A stretch of 64,000 nt of DNA from an uncultured Planctomycetota bacterium (GTDB lineage Bacteria > Planctomycetota > Planctomycetia > Isosphaerales > Isosphaeraceae): positions 448,001 to 512,000 of the forward strand of contig CAWJTV010000041.1 in assembly GCA_963845755.1 (NCBI GenBank), in the 5' to 3' direction. This document shows, in pieces, positions 63,984 to 64,000 of the stretch. The notes under the pieces were generated by a model, which was not told the DNA's origin, searched no databases, and worked only from the letters and a program-made list of their open reading frames with translations. Made by a program: the position numbers and the translations under genes. Numbering within the stretch: the stretch's first letter is position 1; the number at the start of each line of letters is the position of its first letter.

Positions 63984-64000
63984 TAGGACAGAGATACAGA

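Overview
High-GC bacterial window whose gene content points to a planctomycete, probably Isosphaeraceae-like (inference from a DUF1501/DUF1549-DUF1553/cytochrome-c cluster, ECF-WD40 and ECF-kinase modules, DUF4058, DUF1080 and an 'LEERRLLA' extracellular protein). Housekeeping genes: nusA-infB-rbfA, dnaK with a sigma54-type promoter, queE, tatD, a Fur-family regulator, fdxA. Many genes, including essential infB, carry single-base frameshifts, most simply explained by uncorrected long-read indels. The accessory fraction is rich in small mobile DNA. It holds two HUH/Y1 transposases bracketed by REP-like palindromes, ISAzo13- and IS701-type elements, a decayed adenine methyltransferase and a transposon relic. 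It also holds five MITEs, four with target-site duplications, each carrying a REP-doublet cargo. Best candidates for undescribed biology: (i) the REP-loaded MITE system, (ii) a hypothetical protein with a 42-bp AAACGAA(C/G)CC repeat array whose motif recurs as an orphan array 50 kb away, and (iii) a putative toxin-antitoxin pair of a polymorphic-toxin-like domain plus an unknown-domain/XRE fusion. No rRNA, tRNA or CRISPR array was recognised. All family assignments come from motif recognition, not database searches.
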